A DNA stretch of 64,000 bases from an uncultured delta proteobacterium (GCA_963789395.1 CAWBKP010000022.1:192001-256000), one strand, 5' to 3'; positions 1 through 11,288 are shown, counted from the first letter of the stretch. The notes: a model not told the origin generated them from the sequence alone. Program-made: numbers and translations.

Positions 1-1500
1 AATCCGTTTTGATGCCTCTTCCATTCCGCCCAAGCCTGATGCGCCGCTGACGACGGCGTTTGTTGGAAAATCTGCAGAAAGTCAGCCGGCCGCTACTGAA
101 GAAGCTCAGTACGAGCGCAGTGCGAGAAAGACCGGTGAAACGAAGACCGTTTCTCCGGAAACCCGTCGATCCGGTGTTTACAGAAGCGATATCCCCAAGG
201 TCTATTCGGGTGAGAAAATGGGAATCGACTTTTTTGATACGGACATCCGCAATGTTTTCCGGCTTCTGGCAGATTTTAGCGGCCAGAATTTTGCAATTGA
301 CAAGGATGTTCAGGGAAAGGTGACGCTGGCATTTGAAAAACCAGTTCCCTGGGATCAGGTTCTGGATCTGGTTCTCAGAATGAATCAACTGGACAAGATC
401 GATGAGGGAGGGGTTATTCGTATTGCCAGGCTGAAAACGCTGGAGGATGAAGAAAAAGCCAAGCAGCAGTTCTTTGAAGCGGAAAAAAGAGCCAAAGAGC
501 AAAGTCTGGAGCTGGAACCGGTAGTACCGAGTATATATCGGTGAATTACGCCAAAGCCAAAGACGACATGATGCCGCAGGTTGAAAAGTTGATCACCCCG
601 AACCGCACGGATTGTTCCATTTCCGTGGATGAGCGGACCAATCAGTTGATTGTTACGGATACCGCCCGCAAGGTCAAACTGATTCAATCGGTTGTTCTGA
701 AGCTGGACCGGGTTACGCCTCAAGTCGTGATCGAGGCCAAAATCGTTGAGACCTCTACGGATTTTTCGCGGGAATTTGGCGTTAAATGGAATGCCGCATG
801 GGGAATCCTGAATAGCGATCCCAATGCCGGAGTCGGTCCTCAGCCGGGATATGGCACCTGGGGCGGAACCCATGGGGGGACTTCGTCAGTGAATTTTCCG
901 CTGGCGTCGGATCGGACCGGAACCATCGGGTTTAATTTTATGCGGCTTGCAGGTACACCGCTTGTCATCGATGCCCAACTCCAGGCCATGGAGCACAATA
1001 AAAAAGGGAAAATCATATCCGCGCCCAAGATATTGACGTTGGACAATAAAGAGGCGTTTATCGAACAGGGGCTGGAAGTCGGGTATCTGGTGCCGCCGAC
1101 ACAGGCTGGAGCTGCGGCGACAGTCGGCTTTAAGGATGTCAAACTGACACTCAAGGTGACGCCGCAGATTACCCAGGATAACCGGGTTGCCATGAAGATC
1201 GTGATCGAAAAGAAGGATGTTTTCAGCTACATTAATGATATACCGAGTCTCACCACGAAAAAAGCAACGACTGAGCTGCTGGTGGATGACGGCGACACCC
1301 TGGTGATCGGCGGCATTACCAAATCTACGGATACAGGCGATGACAATGGCGTTCCCTGGTTGTCGAAAATCCCGGTCCTGGGGTATCTGTTCGGTATCAA
1401 AAGAGACGTTAAGAACCAGGAAGAGCTTCTGATTTTTATTACGCCAAGAATTGTCCAGCTCGATCAGCGGGCAGATAAAGGCAGGTCGCCTGCGAGCTGA
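1..1500 (+). CDS. pilQ: Type IV pilus secretin, 5'-truncated by the window edge, one frameshift near 525-541
   Basis: Frame open from base 2 through VYSGEKMGIDFFDTDIRNVFRLLADFSGQNF...VPWDQVLDLVL. Second frame has the secretin C-domain (QVVIEAKIVE, GKIISAPKILTLDNKEAFIEQG, GVPWLSKIPVLGYLF, EELLIFITPRIV). Confidence 0.93.
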
Positions 1501-1672
1501 AAGCCGTTTGGCGTTAACTAAGATAAACTCGAAAAAGTCATATGCGGATTTATATACTCCTAAATTCGGCAGATTATGATTGAATATCCTGTCGAAAAAC
1601 GAAATATTTATGAATTCACCAACCCGTAATGTGTTGAAATATTAACCTGCTGATTTTCTGATGAGGAGTGAC

Positions 1673-2080
1673 ATGAAGCGTTCTTTGGTTTTGAGTCTGG
1701 CGATTTTTCTGGTGTTGATTTTATTGGGCGGGTTCGGATGCGGCGGCGGATCCTCGTCAGGATTAAATACCAGTATAGCGACGGTGGTGCTTTCGGCCGA
1801 TCCCATCTCCATTCCTGCGGACAACATATCGTATTCAACGATTACCGCAGTATTGACTGCTGGAACCGGCTTCCCTCCGCCAATTGGAACACCCGTGCTG
1901 TTTTCGACGACTCTTGGTGTTTTTTCTAACAGCGCGAAAAGTTATAGCACAACGACCATTGATGAAATAGGTACGGCAAAGGCTACGCTGATTGCCGGTC
2001 TGACGCCGGGAACAGCCACCGTAACCGGCATTTCCGGCGATGCTATTGGCGTAGTCAAAGTTGAAATCATGTCTTTTTAG
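1673..2080 (+). CDS. Lipoprotein with one bacterial Ig-like (Big_1/invasin-type) domain
   Basis: GAGGAG RBS; signal peptide ending GFGC then a GGGSSSG linker; Big_1-like LSADPISIPADNISYSTITAVL...GTPVLFSTTLGVF...LIAGLTPGTATVT. Confidence 0.75.
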   Translation: MKRSLVLSLAIFLVLILLGGFGCGGGSSSGLNTSIATVVLSADPISIPADNISYSTITAVLTAGTGFPPPIGTPVLFSTTLGVFSNSAKSYSTTTIDEIGTAKATLIAGLTPGTATVTGISGDAIGVVKVEIMSF

Positions 2081-2156
2081 CGCAAAAATATATGTACCGT
2101 GATCGTTTCGCTGTATTTTTTGTAAATCGTTCCGGGTCAAAGGTGGCGGAGGAAAT

Positions 2157-3717
2157 ATGATGACAAAATGGAAATTATTGATAAATGGACTGGTTGTCAT
2201 TTGTTGCATCCTGTCTTTTGAAATATACGCCCCGGGTCTTCTTCAGGCCGAAACGACGACGACGACGACGCACGTGATGACGCTTGTGGCATCTCCCACA
2301 TCCATTTTAGCCAATGGAACATCTTATTCCACAATTACGGCAACGTATCAAACTGTAGTAACTGAAATCACGGTAGACGATACCGGCAAAACGACTACGA
2401 ATACAACGATAACGCCAACGCCGAACGTATTATTGAAATTTAATACAACACTGGGTACATTTATTAATAATTCCCAGACTCGTTCAATTGAATTAAATAC
2501 AAATACTGAAGGAATTGCACAGGTCTTTCTCTATTCCGGTACAGTTCCGGGAACAGCCATCGTTACCTGTAGCGGTGAAGATGTTTCAACGCAAACTGTT
2601 TATGTGGATATTACCCAGTTGATGCCGCCTCCGGCATTTATTTCCCTAAGCTCAGCGCCTTACTGGGTTCCCGCTGACGGATCCGCTGCTGCGACCATTA
2701 CGGCTGTCATATTGGATAGCAGTGGCCAACCTGTTGCAGGGGGAACGGTGGTGAGATTTTCCACTACGGCAGGGACTTATTTCGGAAATGGAAAACAAAC
2801 CTATTCGACTGTAACGACGGATGATACGGGCACGGTTTCGGTTCAATTGATAGCGGTCAATGGATCCGCCGGATCCACCGCCGTGGTTACCTGCACGGCC
2901 GGTGCAATCTCACAAAGCATTTCCGTGGCGATTATCAGTCTGGAATATGAGACAGAGCCCAACAACGACATGTCGCATGCCGATCCGATCTGTTTCGACA
3001 AAGTGTATTTAGGCCAGCTTACTTCACCCTATGAGGAAGACTGGTATACGTTTACCATTACAACACCCAGCCGGATCGGCATCAATTTCATCACAACAGC
3101 TGCCCCTGCAGATGCCGGCTGTGATGCCGGCACTACGACCGTCGGTACCTGGAAGGTGGATATCCGGGATGCCAACAACGATCAACTGATGTCCCATCAC
3201 AACATTGATTGTATTTCTGATAACGGATATGGGAGACCGGAGTGATTGCTCCGGGCACCTATTATGTTGTAGTGTATTGTCCCAGACTGGGTGATAAGAC
3301 CGGAGATTATTGGCTGTCAGATCCTTATTATTTGTCTGTTTTCAATAATTTCTATTCACCCTGTGGAAGTCAGGATAAACTGGTGAACGCAGCTACCTTG
3401 TCCATGGAAGCTTCGATTATCAACTGAATGTTCCGATCATGAATGCGACTCCCTATATATGGGCGGATTTGCAGTATGATCCGAGTTCCAACCCGCGAGC
3501 CTGATGTTCAGGCTTGACAGATGCCGGAGCACTGGCAAATCTCAACGACTACCGGTCCTGCAACATGTCAACCCTGTCCCTGGTGAACGGCAATTATGTC
3601 CTGCATGTTCCGGTAATGATTTTCAATGGCGTATCCTATCGTGTTGACTTGACATATATCCCTACGACGGATGGGACGATTTGGTTTATGCTGAGTGCGT
3701 TTTGGTTAAATAATTAG
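2157..3717 (+). CDS. Secreted multi-domain surface protein (2x Big_1, PPC-like domain, duplicated C-terminal module), split by frameshifts into 2157-3245, 3242-3427 and 3514-3717
   Basis: Signal peptide, poly-Thr linker, two Big_1-like repeats, ETEPNND...EEDWYTFT...APGTYYVVV motif typical of PPC domains; protein logic continues across the three ORFs. Confidence 0.7.
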
Positions 3718-3793
3718 CAGCATAAGCGCCATTGTGACATGGTTGTCAGCGAACCTGCAGGCTGAAATGATATTCAATGGATGTTTCCTATCC

Positions 3794-5018
3794 ATGCCAG
3801 TCTATGAATATACGGCGCTGGATGTCAAGGGCAACACCCTGTCGGGTATCGTCGATGCGGACAGCCCGGCCGCTGCCAGACAAAAACTTCGTGCGGCCGG
3901 AAACTATCCGGTGGCTGTCAAGGAAGCGGCCAATCCGTCCGCGCAACATGCCGATTCCCTCTTATTCAAGCGCTTCCGGCGAGTCAGACCTTCAGAAATC
4001 GCCATGATGACCCGGCAACTGGGGACCCTGATGACAGCTGGGTTCCCCCTGGTTGCCGCACTGGATGCGCTGATTCCCCAGACCCGACTCACCTCATTTA
4101 AAAAATCAACTGACCCGGATAAAAGATGCAATTGTTGGCGGCAGCAGTTTGTCTGAAGCGCTTGGGGAAATTCCCGGGGCGTTTTCGCCACTTTACATCA
4201 ACATGGTCCGGGCCGGAGAGTCATCCGGAACCATGGAGCTGGTTCTGGATCGTCTGGCCGAGATGATTGAAAAACAGCAGCAGGTGATGCAGCGCATTAC
4301 ATCCGCCATGACGTATCCGATTTTTATGACCCTTATCGGTGCCGGAATTCTGCTTTTTCTCATCACCTATATCGTTCCGACGATCGCTGGATTATTTGCC
4401 GACATGAAGCAGGTCCTGCCGTTGCCTACACGGGTTCTGATCGGCACCAGCAATGTTCTAAAACTCTGGTGGTGGCTGATTCCGATATGCATCACCATAT
4501 TGATTCTGGGCTTCAGGCATGTTCGAAGCACGGTTTCCGGCCGTTATGCCATTGACAGGACGCTGCTGTCAGCCTGCCGCTCATCGGAGATTTCCTGCGC
4601 AAGCTTTCTGCCGCAAGGATTGCACGGACCCTGGGGCTGCTTCTGGAAAACGGGGTTTCCCTGCTTTCAGCGCTTGAAATTGTTAAAAATATCGCAGGAA
4701 ATGTACTCATTGCCGATGCTGTTGAAGCGGCTGTCAATCCAGGTTCGGCAGGGCCGGGGACTGGCCACGTCCCTGGATGCCGCCCGCCAGTTTCCAGCAT
4801 TATTTATTCAGATGATTCAGGTTGGAGAGCAAAGCGGGGCTCTGGAAAGCCTGCTGAAAAAAGTGGCGGATCTGTTTGAAAACGAGGTCGAATCCGCACT
4901 GATGCGCATGGCCTCCCTGCTGGAGCCGATCATGATCCTCATCATGGGCGTGATGGTGGGGTTTATTGTGCTGTCGATCTGTCTGCCGATATTTGAAATG
5001 AACCAGCTTATTCAATAA
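3794..5018 (+). CDS. gspF: Type II secretion/type IV pilus inner-membrane platform protein (GspF/PilC family), frameshifted near 4100 and 4570-4740
   Basis: MPVYEYTALD...TRQLGTLMTAGFPLVAAL; FSPLYINMVRAGESSGTMELVLDRLAE; QMIQVGEQSGALESLL...LLEPIMILIMG...ICLPIFEMN. Confidence 0.9.
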
Positions 5019-5388
5019 CCTGTTTCATCCCGATAATTCCCCTTCTGCCCAGTTCCCGCAAAAACTGGATCACGCTGATTTCCGCTTCTCTTGGGTAGAG
5101 TTGATGCAGTCCCGCAAAAGATGATGATGATGTCCATTACCGTGGTCTTGTCATCCACCAAAGTCCATACGCTTGGTACCCAGGATATCCAGTTGAAGTT
5201 TTCGCATGGGGCGGTATTTCAGGCGTTATTTTTGATTCGCTGAAGGATGTCTAGCAAACCAGGGGCTGATGGTTTCGGGATAGGACAGGAGCATTTCTCC
5301 GGATTCCAGATGGTTTTCCACAACCCGTGGGATTGCGGATGGGGATGCAGCCAAGTGCATCGGTTCGGCTAAGCGGCTGCGATTTCAT
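5008..5388 (-). CDS. PqqD/RiPP-recognition-element family protein, multiply frameshifted, absent from the ORF track
   Basis: Manual minus-strand translation across single-base indels: MKSQPLSRTDALGCIPIRNP..VVENHLESGEMLLSYP..SPWF...PMRKLQLDILGT-SVWTLVDDKTTVMDIIII-FAGLHQLYPREAEISVIQFLRELGRRGIIGMKQVIE*, matching the PqqD pattern LDxxGxxVWxLxDGxxTVxxI...VxxFLxxLxxxGxI. Confidence 0.8.
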
Positions 5389-6269
5389 AGCTGGAGAATA
5401 TGCGATCGAGTCGGCTGAGATCCATCATCTGTTTGCTTTCCGCTTTTATCGCCAGAATGCGGTTGTTCCCCGGATCATGACGGATGAGAATCCGGTGATG
5501 GGAGTATCTGCCCGAGACAAAAGTTGAAAATCGATTCCAAAGACTGAGAGACGGGAAGTGTTCCCATTCGAGTCTGTTGCAATCCGGTATGGTTATGGCG
5601 GATCTGTCTGGAAAAAGGCGTAACGATTCTGCGAAATCAGTCAGTTTTCTTCCGGAAAGCAGGACGGATGCCGGGCTCCAGCGATACAGGCTGATCTGCT
5701 GGCTGCTGGAGAAAAACACCATCTCCATGAACCCGGGAGAGAATTGGTAGCGCTTGATCTGAAAAGCCGTCGGAAGGGTTGCGCGAATATCAAAAACAGC
5801 CCATCGCTGTTCGTCCCCATTGGCGTGGTCAACAAAAGATAGAGAGCAATCTGGGAACGACCGCATCAAGATTGTCAGGCTCATCGGGATTGTTGAAAAA
5901 CTGAATCAGGGAAACTCTCTGGCAGGATAAACAGGAAACGATCAAACCACGGCTTATCCTTTCCGGACGTTTCCAGGAAAAACCGCTGGTTTCGTAGGAT
6001 GACAAGGCCTGTAGCCAGTTCTGGGATGGGGTCCAGGAATCAACAGCAGTCAGATGCTGTTTGCGGATCTGCAGTTGCAGTTTCTCGATGTTTCGTTGCC
6101 GCGAAACCGGTTTTTGCGCATTTTCCCAGGTGATTTCCATTCGCGGATGCGCATGGGTACCGATCATCATGTAATTCCGGCCGATAGTTGCAATCTCCCA
6201 TGTGGCGGGTTTGTAAAAAGAGATGCCATTCCAGGCGATTTCGTCCCACCGGTTTTGTGCCTTGTTCAT
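5369..6269 (-). CDS. Conserved hypothetical protein (about 300 aa), frameshift near 5840
   Basis: ORFs 5829-6308 and 5369-5884 join into one Trp-rich soluble protein (IAWNGISFYKPATWE...WAVFDIRATLP...LYRWSPASVLL); its stop overlaps the PqqD-like start. Confidence 0.65.
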
Positions 6270-6410
6270 GAGAAAGTCAGAGCCGTTCAATTGCCGATAG
6301 CAGTGCATATATCCAATAAACAGGCAAAACGACCACGTCGTTCACCGATATGTCGTCAAATAGATGCTGCATTTGGAAAAATCATCCCAGGGAGCGGTTT
6401 CAGGAGTCGG

Positions 6411-7017
6411 TCAACGGGGAATCAGTAGATCCCATTCAATCTGAACCGGCGGTTTTCCAGCCGGAGACTCATCAGTTCCCGGATGGGATTTTTCATAGCA
6501 CCGGCGTTCTTTTTCCACGGCGTCTGTCAGAGTCAGCTTGATCGAATTGCCGATTTTTTCATCCGTATCTTGCTTGTTATGCTGCAGGATAAGGCTGATG
6601 TGGTTATGAGACTTATCCACAAAAGACCATTTCCATGCGATCACAATGTGGAAAGGGTCCCCTCGCCATTCATCGGGTTTTCCAAATTTTTTCTCAAACC
6701 GGGCCAGAAGGGTATCGTAGAAGTCCCGGCTGGAATCAGCGTATTTGAGTTTGACACGAACCACTTTTCCCGGCATGGTGCAGGTGCCATACGCAATCAA
6801 ACCGCTGGTAAAAAAAGCGGTTGGTTTGATTTCAACTTCCATGATGGATTCTGCATACCGGATGGGCAGGGCAGTGCTCATATCCACACGATCCTTGTAA
6901 GCGGCAATATCAGCGCCCAGTTGAAATCCGCCTATCTGACTGGGTGCTTCAGCCAGACAGATTGCGGAATCTGTTCCGATGATGATAAAAAACAGAAAAA
7001 ACAGCTATTTTTTTCAT
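6411..7017 (-). CDS. Secreted hypothetical protein; signal peptide separated from the body by a homopolymer indel near 6990
   Basis: MKKIAVFSVF-IIIGTDSAICLAEAPSQIGGFQLGADI continues into ORF 6411-6887 (FEKKFGKPDEWRGDPFHIVIAWKWSF). Confidence 0.7.
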
Positions 7018-7039
7018 GAAAAACTCCTTAATTGCAAAT

Positions 7040-9001
7040 TTAATACGCCAGCCGTCCCAAGGACTTTAAGATCAGCGCAAAGCCCATGGCGAACATGCCG
7101 GTCAAGCCCATTCCGCAGGAAAAACCCGCCAGAAGCACGGGGGCATATTGGCGCCACATTTTCCCGTATCGTTTCAGGAAATAATACCGCCCAAGAAACG
7201 CGCCGATGAGCTCAAGAATTAATCCATGCGGAGCACTCTGGCCAAGTCCCCGGACAATGCCATATACCAATAGCGTTGGAAGCCCCAATAGAGCCAGAAT
7301 CGTATAGATTGTCACGCCGAGTCCCAGGCCGGAAAGGACATATAATCCATTAAGCGCCTGATAGAAAAGAGAATTACCTTCAAGCGTGGATGTCTGCATC
7401 AACAGCGTATTCAATGCCTGAAGGTGCCACAGCTTCAGGGCATAGGGATAGTTGCTGGAGGGGATCGGCGCCAGTCGCCAGATGAACTGAGAGAAAAGCA
7501 GACTGGCGATCATCACAACCGGAAAAACGACCAGTTCCGCTTTGATGATTCCGCGAATGCTGGTTCCGGTCAATTCGATTTCCCGAAAATCAACGGTTGC
7601 CTTACCATAATTGTGGATCGGGATCGGTGCGTACCAGATTTCAATTCCCTGATATCCGAAAAATTTTGCACCGGCGATAAAACTGGCCTCACGAACCATG
7701 GGCAGGTTGACAAACTGGCCGGCAATGCCTTCCATGCGGGCGGTAATGTATGAGATGACGGGGGTATAGATAAAGCCGTATCCCAGGAAGAATATCCAGG
7801 GAAAATTGGGAACAAGCCAGACGCAGAGGCCGACATAGGAGAGGGTGGAAAAGACGTAAATGCCGATGGCGATCCAGAAATTAAAATCCCCTCTGCCTTC
7901 CGGTGGATGAAACAGGTTGCTCCAGCTTCCCCTGTTGGCAGCCTGGCTTTTGCGAAAAGAACTGATGACATGCCAGACGCCGATAAAACCGATGGCCAGT
8001 CCCAGGCCGATGCCAAAGCTCATGTAAAAGTCAAAATTGTTTGCAAAAACCGTATCAACGGTTTCCATACCCGGGTGCCAGCGCTGAAGAATACCATGAT
8101 GATACAGAATCGGATTTGCGATTATCGTGAAGATCAGCCCGATCAGCCCGCCGATCACTGCCCAGAAAGGCAGCACCATGCCCACGAACAGCAGCCCCAG
8201 ATCGAGCTGGATGCCGGTGGCAACGGCAGGCAGGATTTCCTCGGTCCTTCGGGTCAACTCGATCCAGGGAATGGGAATAAGCTGAATGGACTCGTTAAAG
8301 ATCAGGCCTGAAACCGTGGGCAGCAGCACGTAAACGCCGCCAAATACCAGGCCGATGACCCCGCCAATGGAAAATACGCGCCATTTCCAGCCTGTTTGCC
8401 GGTCTTCCGTGGATTCGGCCAGCGCCATTGTTCCCAGAGCGCCGACAGGAGCCATGGGAAAGGGCAGCTTTTCAACATCCGAAGTGATACGGTACAGCGC
8501 ATACCCGAGGCCGAAATGATCAATTCGCTGTATAATCTGAGAGCCGACCAGCAGCAGAATGGGGATCATCCAGTCTCTGTGGAAAAAAGTGCGTTCAACC
8601 AGGGACAGCGAGTCGCTTGCCGGCGCAACCCACAAGGGGATGTATTCCGTCAGTCCCAGCATTTTGGCGGCATCGGATTGAACGATGTATTGACTCCACA
8701 ATAGCCCCTGAAACGGTGACGCCAGGGCCGCTCCGGCCATGTAGTAGAGGATAAAGACTTCCTGTTGCTTCAGATCGGTATAGGCACGCCGGGCGATTTC
8801 AGCAAATAGAATGATTGTCACCCACCGGGCTGCGGGGCCGATACCGGTTCCGATGACAAGTTGAAGGTACATGCTTCCGGGCATCATGAGAAAACCGATA
8901 AATATCGCGCCGACGACGGTTTTCCAGTCAAAACCTTCTTCAAAATGATCCGGAGTCTTCAGGAGATCCCGGTATTCCTTAAGCTCTTTGTCTTCGTACA
9001 T
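7040..9001 (-). CDS. OPT-like peptide transporter, polytopic membrane protein
   Basis: 653 aa, many hydrophobic segments; TSDVEKLPFPMAPVGA motif resembles the OPT-family LxFP motif; C-terminal WRQYAPVLLAGFSCGMGL. Confidence 0.75.
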   Translation of the reverse strand: MYEDKELKEYRDLLKTPDHFEEGFDWKTVVGAIFIGFLMMPGSMYLQLVIGTGIGPAARWVTIILFAEIARRAYTDLKQQEVFILYYMAGAALASPFQGLLWSQYIVQSDAAKMLGLTEYIPLWVAPASDSLSLVERTFFHRDWMIPILLLVGSQIIQRIDHFGLGYALYRITSDVEKLPFPMAPVGALGTMALAESTEDRQTGWKWRVFSIGGVIGLVFGGVYVLLPTVSGLIFNESIQLIPIPWIELTRRTEEILPAVATGIQLDLGLLFVGMVLPFWAVIGGLIGLIFTIIANPILYHHGILQRWHPGMETVDTVFANNFDFYMSFGIGLGLAIGFIGVWHVISSFRKSQAANRGSWSNLFHPPEGRGDFNFWIAIGIYVFSTLSYVGLCVWLVPNFPWIFFLGYGFIYTPVISYITARMEGIAGQFVNLPMVREASFIAGAKFFGYQGIEIWYAPIPIHNYGKATVDFREIELTGTSIRGIIKAELVVFPVVMIASLLFSQFIWRLAPIPSSNYPYALKLWHLQALNTLLMQTSTLEGNSLFYQALNGLYVLSGLGLGVTIYTILALLGLPTLLVYGIVRGLGQSAPHGLILELIGAFLGRYYFLKRYGKMWRQYAPVLLAGFSCGMGLTGMFAMGFALILKSLGRLAY

Positions 9002-9108
9002 GGATTTGAATGATCCATTCAGGATTGCGGGTTAAGTGAAAGAAGCTGGAAATCATCTATTTTCCGGTTCCGGGCATATCGGGTTAGGCGATAGAGAATT
9101 TCATCATA

Positions 9109-11181
9109 TCAATCCGGCAGCACAAGATAGCTGGCGTTACCCCACAGGCCGATGATCGCCCAGAATCCGCCCATCAGAAAATCACCGATAATCAGGCCGA
9201 TAAAAAAATACCGCAGTTTTTTAAACAGCGAGATGCCGCCGTACCGCATACAGAGGGCATTACACAGCCATCCTATAAAAAAACTGAACCACAGGATTCG
9301 CATGGCGGAGCTGTAAGCCGTCAGGTAACCAATGGGATGGATCGGCCACCAGTAAATGCGGTGGTAACAGATAACCAGACCGGTCATGACCACGGCCCCG
9401 GCCAGAGCAAAAATGAGAACCCAGTTGGATCGGTTTTCAGGGGTGCTCATGAATGCCTGGATGTTATCGTAAACACCGAGGGTGGTTCGGGTCGCCCAGT
9501 CCAGTTCGAGTTCCCGAATGCCGAATTTATAGCACAGAAAAAGCATGGAGAGAAAGGACACGATGATACCGGCAAGCAGCACAAAAACGATTCCGGTGAT
9601 GATCAGGCGTTGATGGCGCAACCGGTTCGTTATTTTTCTGGCATGAAGCAAAGAGGGCATCAAGGATTCGCGAAGGTCCAGAAAAAGAACTTTCTGAATA
9701 ACGGCTGCCATCAGAATGCTTGCGCCGCTGAAAAGCCTGGGGCCGAAGAACGCCACCAGGCCGTCAACCGGTGCGGCTGTCAGTGTAAAATAAGCGATTC
9801 CGCCCTGGCAGATAACCCGTGTGGCAACGACCATGATCATGAAACAGGCCAGAAGAAAGAGAATCGCAATCCAAACCGGCATGCCGAAATAATGGCACCA
9901 GGCGACCAGGCACAAAAAACCAATCAACAGTCCCCAGAAAGACATTCTTAAGGAAATCCACTCGTCTTCCGTGCGGTCCAAAGCGTTGCTGTCCGAAAGG
10001 CCAAATGCCTGCCGGATCACCTCGCTGAGGTGTTGCCTGCCCAGCCAGAGAAGAAAAACGAAAAAAACGCCGTAAGCTCCGAGCATTTGAGTTTCTTCAG
10101 GTCTGGAAAGGGTGGGACCGAAGGTAATCCCCAGGGCTGCATCGGGAATACTGTAGCCAAGAATTCCGAGTATTCCGATTAACAGGCCTCCGATAAGGTA
10201 AAAAAACCAGAACGAAAAAGATATCTGTTTGGATGTCAGAAAGGCAAATCCGATGAAGGCGGGATACAGATAAATCTTCAGTTTGACAAATCCGGAAAAC
10301 ATTCCTTGCGATGGAATGTAGGGGCCTGCCAGTATCAGGGTCGGGATCTGGGGGACGGACGGGAAGTAGAAATTCAGCCCGTTCATCAGATGAAGGATAA
10401 CGGGAATCAGGATGCCGACTCGGGTATAGCGGTTGGAAAAAAAGCTGACCAGCTGGTGTTGATCCAGGGCATCTTCGATAATTTGGGGAACCTGAAGCAG
10501 CGGCAGATTCATCCGCTCGTGATTGAGCCACTGCCTGCTGGCGATATTCACCATAAGGATCATCATTGTATAACAAAGAAGTATGAAGCTGCTCCAGACC
10601 GCAAGCGGTCTGACCCAGGCACTCCATGGAATTCGGGAAATGACTTCATGCCAGCTCATCTGCCGGCCGCCAGGCAGCCCGTCGTAAAGCATCTGGACGG
10701 CATCCGAATTCCGGGGATACCAGGCTTGTGGAAGAAACGGCTGAAGGGTTTCCTCCCACCGGTTTTCAACCGTGGCAAAATGAAATGGTGCTGTCAGATT
10801 AATGAAAAATGTTCGCATCAGCCCTGTATAGGCAATCCCGGATACCAGCACCATCAATATCCAGGCAACCAGCAGCTCTTTTCCGGTAAGAAGAGCCCGG
10901 TTACGGAAAATCCTATTCAGAAGGGCAATCAAAAAAGTCAGCCACACCAGAATAAAAAACGGCGCCAGCGGGAAATGGCCGCCGCCGAGCGGCGTCGCCT
11001 GAAGATAGGCATTGTTATAAGGTGTGACAGCGCAGATAACAATCGCCAGAAATAACCCAACGGCAAATGCGCGAAATCGAATTCCGTCAGCAGGTGGATG
11101 AGAATCGTTCACGTTTGAGATGATCCGTTTATGGGAATAAGGATTAATACGTCGAAGATCCACAAAAAAAACGATGGCCAA
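9109..11181 (-). CDS. DUF6785/DUF6784-like polytopic membrane protein (OPT-related); true start may be near 11112
   Basis: About 670-690 aa, highly hydrophobic; RQWLNHERMNLPLLQVP, WWPIHPIGY, RYGGISLFKKLRYFFIGLIIGDF motifs recognised from this family from memory, not by search. Confidence 0.72.
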   Translation of the reverse strand: MAIVFFVDLRRINPYSHKRIISNVNDSHPPADGIRFRAFAVGLFLAIVICAVTPYNNAYLQATPLGGGHFPLAPFFILVWLTFLIALLNRIFRNRALLTGKELLVAWILMVLVSGIAYTGLMRTFFINLTAPFHFATVENRWEETLQPFLPQAWYPRNSDAVQMLYDGLPGGRQMSWHEVISRIPWSAWVRPLAVWSSFILLCYTMMILMVNIASRQWLNHERMNLPLLQVPQIIEDALDQHQLVSFFSNRYTRVGILIPVILHLMNGLNFYFPSVPQIPTLILAGPYIPSQGMFSGFVKLKIYLYPAFIGFAFLTSKQISFSFWFFYLIGGLLIGILGILGYSIPDAALGITFGPTLSRPEETQMLGAYGVFFVFLLWLGRQHLSEVIRQAFGLSDSNALDRTEDEWISLRMSFWGLLIGFLCLVAWCHYFGMPVWIAILFLLACFMIMVVATRVICQGGIAYFTLTAAPVDGLVAFFGPRLFSGASILMAAVIQKVLFLDLRESLMPSLLHARKITNRLRHQRLIITGIVFVLLAGIIVSFLSMLFLCYKFGIRELELDWATRTTLGVYDNIQAFMSTPENRSNWVLIFALAGAVVMTGLVICYHRIYWWPIHPIGYLTAYSSAMRILWFSFFIGWLCNALCMRYGGISLFKKLRYFFIGLIIGDFLMGGFWAIIGLWGNASYLVLPD

Positions 11182-11260
11182 GCCTTTTATATGGCGGATC
11201 AGTCTGACTTGAATGCTTTTCGCGCCATGAATTCCAAGCTCTCCGGGAATTAATTAAGGT

Positions 11261-11288
11261 TATATATTTCCTGAGGGCTCAGGGTCAA
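11261..11288 (-). promoter_or_regulatory. Possible sigma70 promoter for the DUF6785/OPT operon
   Basis: Minus strand reads TTGACC-N16-TATATA upstream of the first gene; spacer contains the inverted repeat CCTGAG-GG-CTCAGG. Confidence 0.3.

Noticed and set aside
2253..2270. (ACG)6 tract as a phase-variation switch
   Set aside because: A trinucleotide repeat encoding a poly-Thr linker; slippage would not change the frame.
5008..11181. PQQ or classical RiPP biosynthetic cluster
   Set aside because: No pqqABCE, radical SAM, YcaO, lanthipeptide or lasso enzyme and no evident precursor peptide near the PqqD-like gene.
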